The notes: a model not told the origin generated them from the sequence alone. A stretch of DNA of 64,000 bases from Amoebophrya sp. A120 (GCA_905178155.1 CAJINV010000002.1:2512226-2576225), one strand, 5' to 3'. Positions 23,901 to 39,300 are shown, counted from the first letter of the stretch. Translations and numbers: made by a program.

Positions 23901-25340
23901 TTACGGGTAACACACGAAATAGGGATTTTGTTACAAAATGTTGTGCGCGAGTACGTATGCAGGAGGGAAGATTCACGCTGTTCTAACCAGGCTTCCGCAG
24001 GAAAAAAGTGAACATATCTGTCATGCAGATGCATGGTCGATAGAAATCTTCAGTGATCTCGTGATCTTTACAGCACAAGGCTGCGTCACTTTTGTGTCGT
24101 GTGGTTTTATTTGCTGGAGCCCTGGTCTAGAAGCAGGATTTTTTTGGTGTGCATAGTAGACGAGGGACCGCGCGATGCGACGAACCCTGCTTGGCAGCTG
24201 GAAAGGGGAGGAGAGCGTGTTGGTCGCCACTACGTCCAATTCAGTGCCGCGTGTGCTGCCCCGCTTCGTCCGCAAAATCATTCTCGAGGACCAACCCTCG
24301 GGGCGGCAGGAGGTAATACATTCGCACCTTTGTGTTTCTGACCGACCTGCTGATGGGATTGCACTGACGGTCCTTCCAAAGCCAAATAGAGCAGGCCGGT
24401 CCCTTGCAACCGTGCGAAGGACCCTTTCAAAACCTGCTCTAGCGTGTCGTGCGAAGGACCCTTGCAACCGTCAACTTTATTTGGAAGGCCTCGGTGGTCT
24501 AGGTGTTCTAGCGCGTCACGGGAATTCCTGCGAAGCCTGCGAGGACATCCTGCCCGCTGCCGAAAAGTCATTCCTGCGCCCGCGGTCGAAAAGTCTGGTA
24601 AAAGTTACTGTGTTTGGTTTTTGAATATAGGAGGAAGCCAGAAGACGATACATTCTCAGTACTGTTGCAACTCGCACCAGTCGTGCGACACATTTTCAAA
24701 ACAAGGGCTTCGGTAGCATTCGCTTATCGTTCTCACACTTCAAAAATAGAATGAAACTATCACAACAAAGGACGACGACAAATCACCGATCTGGTTCCAG
24801 TATACTACTTTGGGCGATTGGAAGCTAAGGGTCAAGAAATCAGTCGGCAAGGTGAATAAGTTTTTTGACTCTTGCCTGACGATGCAGGGTCTGTGTTTCG
24901 AGTATGGCTTCGGCATAGCGACCGAAGGAAGCGAAGTCGAGCTTTATCTTGTACCGCCGCTGTCACCCTTCCTCCATCCCCGTGGCATTCCCGCCAGCCT
25001 TCCCCTGTGCGAAGATTCTATTATACACTACCGTTTCTACAAGCATCCGCTCGGCAAATTTCGACCGGCGAACACGAAGTTGGATCAGCTCGCGATGTCT
25101 CATTATTACGCAAGCGAACTTTTGACGGGTGAATGTCAATTGCAAGTGCAACACCAGGAAAGTACCGCTCATCGTGACGACCCCAGTTGTGCAGTACTCT
25201 TCGTTGTACTTGTTGGCGCCACCTCGTCAAAAGTTCGCTTGGATACAAGTTCCCCCAGGGTTTACGTCGGACGGCCCAGGTTTGAAGACTACTTTTCCTC
25301 CGGCGATCCCACGACAAAACCGGACGAGTTGAGTTGGTAA
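20996..25340 (+). CDS. RING finger + TRAF-type zinc finger protein (putative E3 ubiquitin ligase); 3' end uncertain, may extend to ~26.6 kb
   Basis: Spliced sequence ECPLCLHALAQPVVAHCCGKSYCEHCAK..GCPNCR (RING-like, no central His), then CQGCGAEMRLENFATHCEASCTGTTVQCFHRLERGCTWVGKRGDYEAHLQQGC (TRAF-Zn-like). Confidence 0.75.
21139..21393. mobile_element. Introner-like intron, family A
   Basis: Family A TIR; DR TCTGT. Confidence 0.9.
21614..21899. mobile_element. Introner-like intron, family B, with possible GT-AG ends (21613-21900)
   Basis: Family B TIR; DR decayed (GGCGG/GGTGC); G|TATT...AATA|G. Confidence 0.85.
21941..22085. mobile_element. Introner-like intron, family D
   Basis: Family D TIR; DR AGAGA/GGAGA. 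Confidence 0.9.
22485..22736. mobile_element. Introner-like intron, family A
   Basis: Family A TIR; DR ACCGA/CCCGA. Confidence 0.9.
22901..23069. mobile_element. Internally deleted family C element, open in frame
   Basis: Matches the first ~130 bp of 5351-5629; DR GAGCA/GAGGA. Confidence 0.8.
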
Positions 25341-27319
25341 AGGTTGGTCTCGAATCAAAACTGCACAAAGAGTTGACCAAGTAAACGGAAATTGTCATGC
25401 AGGAAGATATTGTTTTGCATTCTCAATAAGCGTATGATGTATCTATTGCTGCACGAAGCGCAAATGAGATTTTGGTCAAAAGCTTTTGCCAGTTTCGATT
25501 CAGGCGAAATTTTTCCGAGGATACTATTCATCGGAGAGTAATGACCCGAAGAGACGGCGCATCGACACGATTTCCGGTGGCGGTGGTCGTTCCTCATCTT
25601 CTTCCGCAGCGTAGCAGAGTAGTTCAATCAGGAGCGAATAAGTCAAGATTTCATCCGACACACAACACTGACAAACAAAAAGCAACTGGAGCGGGGGAAG
25701 CTAACAGCAAGAAATCATCCGGGGGACTGGAAGAAGAGTTTTTTGGTATACCATTCGATGAACAGCGGTGGTTTAGGATTGGAAACGAAATTGATACAGC
25801 AACGGTACAGATCCGCATCTCAAGTGAGCAGTCTGCCAGGAGGGATATACTCTGTTTTTTTGTACGATTTGAAAGAAAATTGAGCTTCCGCCATTACCAC
25901 GGCAAATCAGCAGCAGGTGATGTCGATTTTGGATAGCTGCAGGAGTTGTAGAAAAAAACGACTTTTGGTTTTTGCTGGAAGGAGAGAATGATGAAACGTG
26001 CGCAATTAACTGCGTTTCCTTAATAATTCTACGGTGCAAAATGAACACGAACCCGTCACGAGACCAGGAGAATTGTCTTGTGTAGCAGACGAAAATTCTA
26101 CGTGAGTCAGGTTTTAAAGCAGACATTGCCACCAACGAAAGAAGGTTTTTGTTGCTAGGTGTTCGCGTGCTGCCACTAGTATAAGAAGCTGACTGAACAT
26201 CAACATTTAGGTCACTCCGGTAGCTGCCGGGGTTGTTGAAAGAAAGTTCAGATTCACCCAAGGAAAGAGCGCATAGAAAATGCTACGGCCGAACGAAAAA
26301 ATTCGGTGCAGAGCATAGGCCTGGTGCAGGTGGGTAATGATAAAATCTATTGTAACACGCTAGCCGCATCGTGCGGCGCGTCTGTATCGGTGGGCTCTCT
26401 TCCTCTGAATCGGAGTTGCCGATGTTGGGGGAAACGAGAAAAAGCCTGTACTTTTGTGCCTACTTTGCTACACAAAGTGCAGCTAGAAACTTTCGGTCGT
26501 GCGGTCGGTTGGATTTGAAAAAGGCATCTCAGAAAGGAAAAGCTGTCTCATTCCATCGGTGTGCCAAAAATGTTGCGTCTCGTGCCTTGCTAAAGATGGT
26601 TTTGTAGTTGGCAGACTAGACAATTCTTGGGGGCCATAAGCTGATCCATAAAGGGGCAGGAGGTCGCGTCAGGAGTGACTCATAACAAGCGGAGTAGCAG
26701 CAGAAGGAAGGAGTCTGCACTTATCCATAAGAAGGACTCACAACAAGCGGAGTCTCTACTTACCCATTTGCTGCAGGAGATAGCTCTTGCTTCATATTTT
26801 TTTTGAAGTTTGAATCTACATTTGGCGTTTTTTTTTTTTGAAATTGTAGAAAATGTGTGATGGCATAAAACGTCCACTCAACGATTTTTCTGCGACTTGC
26901 TGATGCCGAAAACGAAATGTAGGTTTTTTTCCGGAACTACAGGCAGCACCGGATTGCCTTGTCCATGTCGTGAAAATTATGTGACGTCATTTTATTGATA
27001 ATTTTAGCAGCTGTCTTGAAACGAAGAACAGCTGTCTTCAAACGAAGAACGTTTCAAGGACCGACGGGTAGCCGCGGTTTGCTTTCGTTGTCCATTGAAT
27101 CGTTGCTGTGTGCCGGTACCATTGCCAATTCTGATTGACAGCATGCTTCACCGACAATAAATCAGTTTCCCGTCGTCTGTCTGCACCCAAGGGTAAGATG
27201 TTGAAGGAGAACGACGACAACGTCCTTCTTCTTTTTCAACGAAAAGTAGTAATCAGCAAGTGCAGGAAGAGCATCTTCAGACTTGCAATCTAACCGGGCC
27301 CGCAACCACAACCGTACAA

Positions 27320-30300
27320 ATGAGCAGAAACAACTCAGGTAGTAGCGGCAGCAGTAGCAGCGCCGGTGGCAACCGACTACCGGAAACGCTGGCGCAGCAG
27401 CAGGGGCAACTCTTCATGGCCGGTGACCTGCACCAGCTGCAACACGGACAGCTGTTGTGCGGACAGGGTACGCCGGGTACGATACAAAATTCAGTTTCGG
27501 CTGCATGACAAGAAACCGAATTATGCATGCGCTATCGTGGGTTCGTCTTTGTCGCTGCACCCGCCTTACAAATGTGAGGGCGTATTGCCAGCGTAGCTGG
27601 GAGAGTGAGTGTTGGCGAAGTTTGCATAAATCTGTTGCAGCAGCTTGTTGAAAAAGTCCACGATGTAGAGAACCAACGGACTTGCAGGAAAAAATCGGGT
27701 ACTTCCATCTGGCCGAAAGCATCTTTCCCTGGTAGGACTTGGATCACCAGCACCGTATCGGCTTGGCAGCAGCACGGTCATAGTCTGGCTGGTACCGCTC
27801 CTCAGCTGAAACACACCAAGCTCGAGCACCAGCCAGACCATCTATCAAACTCTGCGCTGGCTCAGGAACAGCAGTCCACACAGATGGTGGATGACATAAG
27901 TCTTCATATTCTTTGTAAAAAGCGATGCCCATACCCCATACTGATGATCGGAAACCTGCAAGATAATGTATGAATCCGGAACTTTTATTGCGAATCCTGC
28001 ATAGCACGTGTGGATAGGCAGTCATTAGAGCATTACAAATTTGCTAACATCAAGAGTAGGAAATTGCTCCCACGGGGAGCCGCGAGGAGACACTTTGTAC
28101 TGCTCATGCAAATCTGCATGACAAATACAAGTTTGGGGGAAGTGGAAACGGTTTTACAGAGGATACTTCAAGATTCCTCGTATCTGGAGAAAATTTTGGT
28201 TGAAGACATGTTCTTTACTGCATGCAGTAAAAGAAAACTTTACTTCTCCACTTTTCATCTGCGACCCATTTGCAGTTTTGGACCCTGGAGCCATGTTTCA
28301 GTATGTGTTGCCCAAAGTGCACGTGCAAAAAATAGCTGGGTCTCAACACAAATTTTATCGGCATGCGCGGAATCTCAGCTGTATCCTCGTCGAACAGGAC
28401 AGTGGTTTGGGAAGTGATAATGATGCGGAGCTTGTTCTGCAGCGCCTTGAAGGTCGCGCACATGCTGCTTTATGCATTGCAAATATGTCTGGGTCCGGAA
28501 GGATTTTAATTTGTAATGCGTATCATGCATGGCCAGCAAAAGGGAGAGGCCTTACTTCTTTTCAAAGAAAGAAGGAATTTGTCATGTGGATCGGACATTT
28601 GCGGGATACTTGTTCGAAACCTGTGGTGCTAGGGCTTGCATGCCAGACCATCTGGGTCACGTTCTTCAAGACGCAGACATCGTTGCATTTCATATGCTTT
28701 GCCACACGACCACGATACGGCCGACGATCCAATGGGGGCAGAGGAGTACACGCCCGCCGAGCCGATGCAGGAAAATACAAACGAGTCCGGCTGGCGGGGA
28801 ACGAACGGGCACGGCGGTGGAGCCAATGGGGACGACGCGCGAACGGTGCGCGGCGACTCCAAGACGAGCAGCTACACGAGTAACAACGCGATGGGGGATC
28901 AAACGGATGATAGCATCATAAACCACATGCAGGACTTACACGTGCACACGTCCTCGAAGCACAGCAACATTGATGTGCCGATGGTATCACCAGAAAAGAA
29001 CGCAACTGCGCAAGCCGCGCTACCTGCTGTGTCCGCTGTTCCACGGGCAGTAGTGCTGAAGTCCGAAAAAAACGTACAGGAGAAGGGGGAAATTGACGGG
29101 ACTAGCGGTGGACAAGAAGTGTCGCGGGAGAATCTTCTTGGCACGCAGGATACTAGGACAGGTGCTGACACCGCGCTGCCAGCAAAAAAGAAGTCGGCGA
29201 TTTCTGGAGGAAGAAATGCAGAAGCCGCGGGAGCGCTGGAAATACTGCATCAACAGGCAAAAAATAGTTCGGGGAAAACTTCTTCTAGCAGAACGACCAC
29301 AGGACCTGTCGTTTCCTTCAAGTCTGTATGCATTGCAAATTCAGTTCATTGAGTCATGGGGAGGTGTAGGAGCGGAGGACGCACTGTATTTGCTGTGTTA
29401 CAACGTCCTTAAGAAGTGCAATTTGTTTATGTGCTGTCCAAAGTTAGCATCGGGCTGAGGCGTCGTGGTGAGCGAGCGCTGCAGGGAAGAAGCACCTTTG
29501 CACCCACCAAAATCAGGTTCTCGGCATCTGCTACACTGCACATGACCAATGAAGTGTTTGCATTGGATACTACAAGATTACTGCTACCAGTGGGTCCACC
29601 AGTATGATTCGCAACAGCAAATGCAGCACGACAACTACTACAACTGCGGTAAAGAAACGCGACGGGATGCTGTTTCGGAACACCAGGAGTTACGCTGCCT
29701 CTCTGCAGAAGAAAGAATCACAAGCGAGCATTTTCGACACGCGGCCTTCGTTGAAGCCGTTAGAGATCAAGTTCGACCTGACGAGGATTTTAAAAGCAGT
29801 TATCGGGGAGGATTTCGCTTGGTGCGTCAATAACGACCACGCGTTGGAAGTTGCGAGACAGGTTGCGGAGACGAAAGGCGGGGCATGCGCACAGAAACTG
29901 CAGACAGAGCTGGACAAAGCAATGTTCCCAGAGTCCCAAACGAACGGCATGATCGCTAAGGACAACAATAACAGTAGAAATCACGCCTTGACGGAGGCGT
30001 TGCAGTCCGCTCGGGGAGCCACGAGTGCGGGTTCTTCCCGGGACGCACGAGTTCCGCAGCTTGCCCTGGATGGCCAACGGGCATCGCGATCGCAGGAGTC
30101 CGACAGCCACACCAAGCGGTTCCAATCCTCAACCACCGCGAGTTTTTCCGGCCCAGACACGCGCACTGGGGTCTCTTCGGCCGGTGAATCGGTGCAGCGT
30201 CAGAGCGACAGCAATAGAGCAAGCAGCGTGCTGGCCGGAGCAGCGGCTACTGGAGACGAAGAGACGAGCGGTATTCCACATACGCTGCGTTTTGAGGCGA

Positions 30301-33300
30301 AGCCGACCAGACTCTACGTGCTGCGCACCTCCGATCCAAATCCCCGGGACACGGCGAAGGAGGGGCCCCCGGTGGCGAGGCACGTGGTTACGTTCTCCTA
30401 CGCGGATTCGAACAAAATGGAGAGATCAGAGCGGAAGCAAGTGTATCATCGGCGGGAAATCCGGCATTCTTCGGAGAACGGCGGCGGGAATGCAGGGCTA
30501 CGAACCGACACGGTCTGTTACAATCGTTGGGGCGAATACCGCAACAAAATCTTGGGTTTAGGAGTTGAGAAATGTATTTGTTAGGATAAAAAATAGACGA
30601 GGACGCTTTTTGCATTTGTTTTCTAGAAAACTGATGCAAATGCTCGCGGGACCTCTGATCTCGGTACCGGTGCATAAATGTCAGTGATGAAAGTAGTCAT
30701 GCTGCAGTCTCGATTGTGCGTGTTGAAGGACACATTTCGTGTATGACTCAAGATTTTGTCTGAATATCGAAGTGATCAAAACGCGACGAAGTGGTGATAA
30801 CCGCAGGGAAGAAGAAGTGTTAATTGACGGACTAACGGAGTCACAGTGGTACGGGAACAGTACTGATGCCGTCCGCGGTACTGCACAACCGGGTTGGGTG
30901 AAGCCGCTTTGTGAGAAAGCGTTCCGGCAAGCGAAGCAGCTGATCAGCGAAAGCCCACTGCTGTGGCCGGACGGCACGAAGGTTTTGGATACCGCAGTGA
31001 AGCTTGCGTATCTGGGCTCGGTGCGGAAAAGTAGTTTTCTGGAGCAGTTGAAGTCAGCAATAACCGAATGCAAGGACGCCGCTGCGGCCCGGCAAGGATC
31101 CTACTGCAGTGACACCGCGTTGCATGACCAGCTACCGGTGGAGATCACGGACTGGGTACGAAAGTGAACGCTGCGGTACTGTTGCAGCACACTCGGCTGA
31201 TGAGATTTGGTGTCCTGTTTGAGTATAGTTTTTGACTTGCAATTGGAAGCGGTTATACAGTGTGCGAAGCACAACTGTTCATCGCCCTGTATTACATGTT
31301 TTCAAGAATCAGATAGAAAAGGGTCGTACATCAAAGATTTTGATTGAAATACATGGTCTTCAGAGACACGAAATACTAGTAAACGCGTTTGCTTTCTTCA
31401 TAAACCGTGGTGGAGCCGCTCGAATTTTGGAAAGTGCGGTTTCGAGAGGAAGAGCAGCGACGCGCGGTCCCGGAGCCTTCCGAGAAGAAACCGTATGAGC
31501 ATCCGTCGATAATGTTAAAGGAGAAGGAGTTTTCGTTCACGCGGCCCCTACCCAGTACTAGCAACGCCAGCCGCGGTGAATCCGGGGAGGAGGAGGTGTG
31601 TAGATTTAAGCTGGAGTTTTTGTTGCCGGACTTGAATAGCGATGAGCAGCTTGGACAAAGGTGTGAAATTCACCGGCAGGAAGCTGTTCCACGGACCGAC
31701 AAGCACGTCTTCGTGAACCAGTGGATATCAAACAGTGCGCCCTGGAGTTTGGTGTACACGATAGTTCACTTCGTGCAGGATGGTCTTGCATGGGGAAAAA
31801 TGCAGCACGAACACTGGAGGTCACACCTTTAGAAATTGTCATGACGATTGTGTGCTGCAGTGGTGCACAGCGACGAAAGTAGGTTTGCATGAGGAACTTG
31901 CTGCATCATGATCCATTTCGTTTATGTATGTACTCGTTCAGAGGATTGGCAGTGAACGTGAACTAAATTAAATACAGCACAGTTTCGTTCCATACTAGCA
32001 AGAAGTGGTGGAGAAAGAGCTCCACCAGGGGAACAGGACCGTGGTCAAGATCAATGGCGTAGACACGAAGGGTCTGCGCGAGCAAAACGACCGCGAGGCG
32101 TGGATGGATCGCGCCATGCAAGATGTGTTCAACTCCGCGAAGGAGGTTTTTCTACGCGAAGCCACAGCAAGTCAACGCAGCGAAGATCATGACGCGCATC
32201 TGAGCCTTGCGTTCAACGTGATAAACCAGTCCACGGCTTGTTTGGAGAGGGATTGGGCCGTCTGGTTGCAGCGCAGGAAGTCGGAAGACGAAGAAAAAGG
32301 ACTTTTTTGTGGTCCTTTTGCCACCAAGTACGGAATGATTCCGGTGCTGGCTGGCTGGAAAGCGGTTCCAGATACCGAGTCGCGAGCATTGCGGCAGTAC
32401 ATGGACCTTCACAACTACCGGAAGGATTTTTATCACGATGAAAAAAGAACAGTTTTTTCCACCACACTCGATGCATCTGCTGTTCGAGACAGTGTCTTTA
32501 TGTTCGCATTGTTGTCAAATCCGATGTTGCAAATCTTATTTGCAATATATGCATTGTAACAAGGGACAACTAACATCATTTTCATCGTGATACCCTGCAC
32601 GTCAAATGCTTGACTTATGCGTGGATGCGCTTCCCGCCCAAGGACGAACTGGAGCGCAACCCCGACTATGGTCTACTCCGCTCCCAACCCCGACTAGACC
32701 AGCTCCCCACGCAGTGTCGGCTCACGAGCAATGGCGAGAACGACCCCTACCCGTACTACGACGAGAACCACTTCTGGCCGAGGCCGACGCGCGCCGTTAC
32801 ACAAACCAAGCGGCGGCAGCGGTTCGGCGCAGCGTTCGCCGGGGGTGAGGATCACCTGGCGCAGGAGGAGAAGGTAGGGGAAGCGGAGTTCGAGTACACC
32901 GTCCGGATTCCAGATGCGGCACAGATGCCGCGCGAGAAGCGTCTATGTGGATACCGATGGACCAAGGTCGTGAACGACGAGCGGCCCCGGTCTTCGATAC
33001 GAAGATCCTCAGTGGAGCGGAAAGAATCCGTCATCGAGCACGACCGGTGGGGGGAGGTGTTGGAGCGGGATGCTGAACTTGGTTCTGTGGTCCGAGTAGA
33101 CGGGGTTCCGGTCGAACAGCTGGAGGACGAGGAGTACTTAGTCGACGCTTGCGTCGCCGTGGCCATGGAGCAGTTTCGAAGTGGTTTTGTTCCCCGCCCC
33201 GCGATCGGGTTCCGGCCGACTACCGCGGCGGAAAGAAGTCCGGAGCTGCTCGAGGAGGAGAAGAATTGCTTTTTGGACGGGCTCTTAGCAGATGTTCTCG

Positions 33301-36300
33301 CACTGAAAGAAGGGGAAGCGGAAGTCCGCCGCTTGTGCGTCACGGATGCGCGCAGCAGGAACGAAACGAAACAGGAAGAGCAGGCAAAAGAGGAGAAGTT
33401 TTGCAGTTTCTTCTGTACCAAGTACGGCGTGCCTGCTGTGCTGGAAAATTGGACCTGGCCCGGAAAACCGAAGCTGCAAGAAGAGATGTTGGCGGAAGAT
33501 GATGGAGCAGTGCCTGTTGTTTCACCTGCTCCCGCGGAAGATGAATCAGAACTGCTGGCGGAACAACGACCAGCAGCCAGCGAGCAGGAAAATGAAATTT
33601 TGAAAACAACTGTTACAACGCCACACGACAAGCGTGTAAACAGCGCCAGTGGTAAACGACCCTGTCATGCTGGTACAGCCCGGAGTAGTTCGAAGTCATC
33701 CGGCGCGGCAAGGCTCTTACCGAGCGGCCGTCGGACCGCAGACGATCTTGAAGCGCTGATCAAGTCGTTGCGGGCATCACGGCAACGGGCGGCCGCGGAA
33801 AGCAGAGACGTAGAGAGCGAGTATTCACCGGAAAAGTTTCGCGAGAAGGACATCATGCTGCATGATTTCGTAGCCCCGGTAAATCTCACTTCGTTCGCGC
33901 GCATATTTGCAGATTACAGGACCAAGTTTCATGAATGATCTTCTGAAACCAGTAATTTGTCATCTCTAGAACTTACTTTTAGAAGGAGTGGCACATCCAC
34001 CTCACGCGATTCTTTTTCTGGTCATGATGAGCAACATCAATGCACTGATGCGGAAGCCGGAGTCCTTGCACCCCAAGAGCAAGGCGACATGTCTCCGATT
34101 CAGCAGTTGCAAAGCTTGCAGTCCAAGAGCAAGGAATCAGCTTCAGCCGGCGAAGCCGTTTCTGCACCACACGCCAACTCAAAAACGGACGTGCTGGAGG
34201 AACAGGTTGAAAGGAGAAGCAGTGGCAGCAAACGCGGAGCGACAGAAAAAAGTGGCGCGGTTGAGGAGACGAAGTCACGCTTGGTTGCGGGAAGCACGGG
34301 AACTAGTAATGCTGATCCGAAGCCGATCGCTGGAGCGGAGGTAGTTTGTAACTCGAATGCGCCGGGCGGTGGAAACTCGAATTCGGAGGAAAATAACGCG
34401 GATACAGGCGGAAATGAAAACCAAAACGACACCGCGGGCAATAATCATTCCGACGGGAATAATTCCGGAGCCAACGGCGGAGGAAGTTGCAACCCAGGAG
34501 GCGGCTGCGGGGGCACCGCGGGTGGGGGCGACGGTCGTGGACCCCCTGGAGGAGGTGATGATGACGACGGGAGCGGGGACGACAAAAAGGGTGGTAAAAA
34601 AGACGATCCAGACAAGAAAGTAAACGGCAAGAAAAACAACAAGAAAAATCGGAAGAAAGATGATACTACCTCCTCCGACGAGGAACAAGAGGATGAAAAT
34701 GACGATAAGGAAAAAGTTCCGGCTTCAAAGAAACAGAAGAAGGAGACCCTTCTTCCACAGTCCGCGTCGGACGACGAGCTTCCACAGGAGAATGCGAACA
34801 TCGGCGAGCAGTCGCAGGCGTACGCGAGTCCTGTGCGTCACTCTGATCCGAACAACCACCGACTCGACCGAACGGCCAGGTTTGGTCACACACCATCCTC
34901 CGAACGGAAGCGACGCCGTAATGAAGAGGAAAAAGAAAAACACGCGGAACGAGTGCAGGAGCAACTCGCTGCCAACAAGTCGGTTTCCAGCATATGCACT
35001 GCAGAAATTCGAGTATAATCGTATACGTGCACCGACTTCGAGGTCCAGGCATACCCGAAGTTTTTTACTTGACAAAAAAGGGAACAACTACTCGATGTTG
35101 TGATGCTGAATCAGCCAGGAAATAGTAAATTGCCTTGCATTAAGATTAACTTTAACATCTTGTAGTTGTGCAGCAAGAAGTACGTATACAACGTTACTTG
35201 TTTTCTTCCAGTTGATACAGCAGTCCTGGGGAATACGCAGCTGCGGCCGCAGGACTCAGTGATGATTCCAGCGAGGGAGCAAACAACCCGAGTGGAAGTC
35301 CCCAACTCGCCGCGGTGACTCGCCGTTCCGTGTCGCACTACACGAGCGGTCCGGAGCGACGCTTTTTGCCGTCCGTACAAATGCGGGACCTGGCCAAGCT
35401 CCTGTTCCCGGCTTCCGGAGAAAGCACTGAGGCCTTTTTTGAAACGTCCAGCGCGGGAGGTGGGGTTTTCCCCACTCCGGACGCCCGAGCGGAGGCGTTA
35501 GAGGTGCAAAGGGAAATTTTGGAGGAGACCGGAGCCCGAGCGGAGTTCAAGAAGTTGTTCAACCGGGTCCGGAAGTACAAGGATGATAAGGGGCGAGGCG
35601 CAACCGCGGCGGGGTTCTTGGACGTGGTGCAACCGTGGACAGACGAAGTGAACATGTCGGCCATTACATACGCGGAGACGAAAAAACGGAAAAAAGACCA
35701 AAAAGCAAGGGCCGGCCGCACCTACACGCCGCGGGAAAACGCGCGGGAGGTGGCGCGGTTGCTCACGGAGCGGTACTACGGGGAAAAAGAGGGGAGTGTG
35801 ACGACGGTGAAGCTGAGTCTGATTTCGAATGGCATCCCCTACCAGGTATTGCGCCGAGATCCGAGTCGAGGCGAACCCGGTTGGTTTCTCAAGAAGATGA
35901 AAAGCGCGGAGGTCGCCCGCAAGGCTGCCCAGGAGCGCGAGAAGGCGGAAGTACTGCTCCGGAAAGCGGAGTCGGCCTACGAGTGCCAGGACGAGCTCGA
36001 GTACTGTGTGGTGTACTGTGTGGATCCGGGTGCCGTTGCGGTCTATTGGACGCCCAAGGTGGCCGAGGGCGAAGTGCAAGCCGAACTTTATCCCGACGGA
36101 ACGGCCTTAACGATCGAGCAAATCTTTGCCGCTGTCGACGACCAAATTCCGGCGGGGCACCAGCTGCAGCACCCGCTACTACTCGATCCGGATGCGCTGA
36201 GGCGGTATGAAGGGCGAAAATTTATTCCCGTGCATGATGTAGGAGAATACTTGCAGATGGAACCACGCTTTTTCTGCTTCGAACATAATTTTATTGCATA

Positions 36301-39300
36301 AAGAGCTTTATTTGGAAATTACGCATGCGAAATTCTTGCGGCCTGCTTTGGTTTCAGCGACATTGTTAGCACAACTAGAAATAAACAGACGTACTTAAGT
36401 GAGAACTACGGAAAAAGTATTTTTTTGCCCTGCATAGGGAGAGGGAGAACGCACAAAGCTGGCAACGCGCGGCGGGGGAGATGCATGCGGGACACCAGTA
36501 CAACACCGTGAAGCGCATGTTTGAAACTCTGAACCACGGGAAGAATCGCATGATGGAGCTTCGGTCCGTAGCGCAGAACTCCTGCGAGCGGGACACTACC
36601 AAAATGAAAAATACGCCCTCTCCATATTCAAAACGAACTTTCTGATGCTGGATTTACGTACGCAAAAAACCCCCCTGCAGTTGTAAGGGACTGCGGCCAG
36701 ATGCAAACTCTTAGTCTGTGTGTGGGCGTTTGGGTCTACTCATTTACTAGCATGGCAAGCAGTCGCCTCGAAAGCCGCCCAATAGCATGACACATCGGCG
36801 CCATATGGTGCTGAAGCTTCTGCTCCTCGTGCCTTCTTGCAAGAAGACAAAATACACACTTTGAATACGAGGAGGGGGCGGCTGGGAGGTTTTTCATCTT
36901 GATAGACACATATGTGAGACTGAAGGAAACGGCAATGAACGTCGCGAAAGACTTTGGGAAACAGCTGCAGGTCCAGCAAAAAGAGCAGAAGGAAACGATG
37001 GAGCTTTTTATGATGCTGCTGAACCTCTTCGACTCCCTATCCTGTGCGAAAACCTAGCCGCCGCCCCAGACTCAGAATGCAAACTGGACATGATTATATG
37101 CGGTAAGTGTTTCATGCGGTGCTCCATAAGAGGCACTTTGTCATCATCGTGTTAGTGTTTGGGAAGTTCCTGTCATACTCTAATAAATAAGGATAATCAA
37201 GTGGAGTTGTTGTCACGCGCCGGCACTAGCTATTTAAACTTTACGGGGCCCAAATTTCAATCTGTCATGCCTGTGTCCGAAAGTAAGGTGCTCCTTGACT
37301 TGAGTGACATTGAGAACCTGATTTTGAGGCGGGTAGGTGTTTGCCCAGGATACGCGATTCTCGCGCCCGAATCCATGGGAAAATCGGTAAGGGACGAGAA
37401 GGCGATGGACCAGGGTGCGATGCCGGTGGAGCTTTACGGAAATCGCGTCATCCACGCGGAAATCAAAAACCGCCCGGGTTATATCGAATAGGAAATCTTC
37501 GTTAGCAAACTATAGTGTTTTTTCTGCACTCCTATCGATGGCGCAGCGGGTATCGTACTATCAGTACCTCCTACTTTGTCATAAATGCATGGCAAATGAT
37601 GTAAGAAATATCATTCATTCCAAACTACTGTTTGACCAACACGATCATGCTAACGGCAGTTCTTCCTAGGCATCCATCCCGAAGCTTCGCTTTACCAGGA
37701 ACGTCGGCAGCTGGGGGAGAACGAGAAGACGGTCATGGCGGCCGCCCGAAAACTATTCGAGGACGGGTGCCGGCTGACGCCGCACCAAATGATGACGTGT
37801 GTCACGGAGCTCCAGAACCAGCTCTTCCAACAGTGTTGCGACGACCCCTACCTGGAAGACGTGTACGGGGGCACCGAGCCGCTGCAGGACTGGAGCCAAA
37901 TCCGGGTGTCCCGCTGGATGCTGCCCAGCGAGGAGATGACCCCCGACGACGTCCCGGAATCCAGCGTGGACTTGGCCGGCAAGCAGGAAAAGCAAGAGAT
38001 CGCGAAGGCGCTCGGCTGGGCCCTCCACCACGCGTCTGACGGAGAGAAGAAGGAGTTTGCCCGCTCCACCGACAGCGTCAAGTTGGAACTATCAGAAGGG
38101 AATGATGAACTTCTACTGGTTCTTCGAGTACAGAAGTCGTGTAGTCCGTTATTGCGCAGCCTGCGCCGCCAGAGCGGTAGGCAGGTGTGGTTGTTGTTTA
38201 TATCAACAACGAAGATGAAACGAAAAATCTGCACTCTAGTGCAAGGCGGGTCCTTTGATGCAGTAGATACTGTAATAAAAGTCTTCATTTTATTTTTTTC
38301 ACGTTTTGTCCTGTGCTAAGGTGGTAGTTGTTCATCTTCCGTCCGATAGAATCTCATCCGCGCCCAAACCGGCGGGGGCTTCAACCTTTTCGCCAACTGT
38401 CTCGATCGTTCTGGCTTGATCGACTTTGTCAACGCGACGCTAGAGGAGAACGTGCCACGGCAACTGGACGGGGAGTTCTTCGCCGATGCGCGCCAGCAAG
38501 GTCTTGTTGACAACCACGAGCAGAACGTTCAAGCAGCTTTGCAAGAAGGGCCCTCGTCCTCATCTGTGCCAGCGTCGCACGGAGCTATGGCTAACGCATC
38601 AGGACGAGGAGTACCACCTTCTTCACGCGCGACGGGACAGCAGCTCCGAATTCAAGATAGTGCGCAGCAGACTCATGGTGAAGAGTTTCCACATCCGATG
38701 AACGTGAGCTCGTCCTCAAACTCCGCTTCCTCCAGTAGTTCATCCTCAAACCACATTTTTTCGGGAGGGGACTCCGCTGCTCTGGACTCGGAAGTGGGGT
38801 CGGTTTCGTACTCTCGACACAACGACGAGTCCTCCTCCTCGTCGTTTCTGGTAGGGAAGTCGAGCAGTTCCTCCTCATCTTTCGTTCACGTCGACCAGGA
38901 TCACGACAAAAACAATACTTCCTCTTCGTCCTCCGCACAACAAATTAGAAATCAAAATTTGAATAATTTCTCCTTCTCATCCTCCTGCGCAAAGGTGAAC
39001 TCCTCCTCATCGTCATCGTCCTCATCTTCCAGTGTAGTCGAGTTTAACAAGATAAGGAAATCGATCCAGATCAGACCTGAGTTGCGGAAACGGATGGCAG
39101 ACGCCCGCGCGGAGAGGGAAAAGAACAAGCAGAACCAGACCACAAGTTCGTCGTCCCAACAAGTGTCGCAGGTTGATAGCAAGGAAAGTAGTAGCAGCCA
39201 CGGGAAAGTGCATCACCCTACTGGGAGGTCTCGGAAACAAGAACATCAAGAAGGGTCAGGTCCTAACGTTGATGATTTTGCCGTTCGTGACCCATCCGAA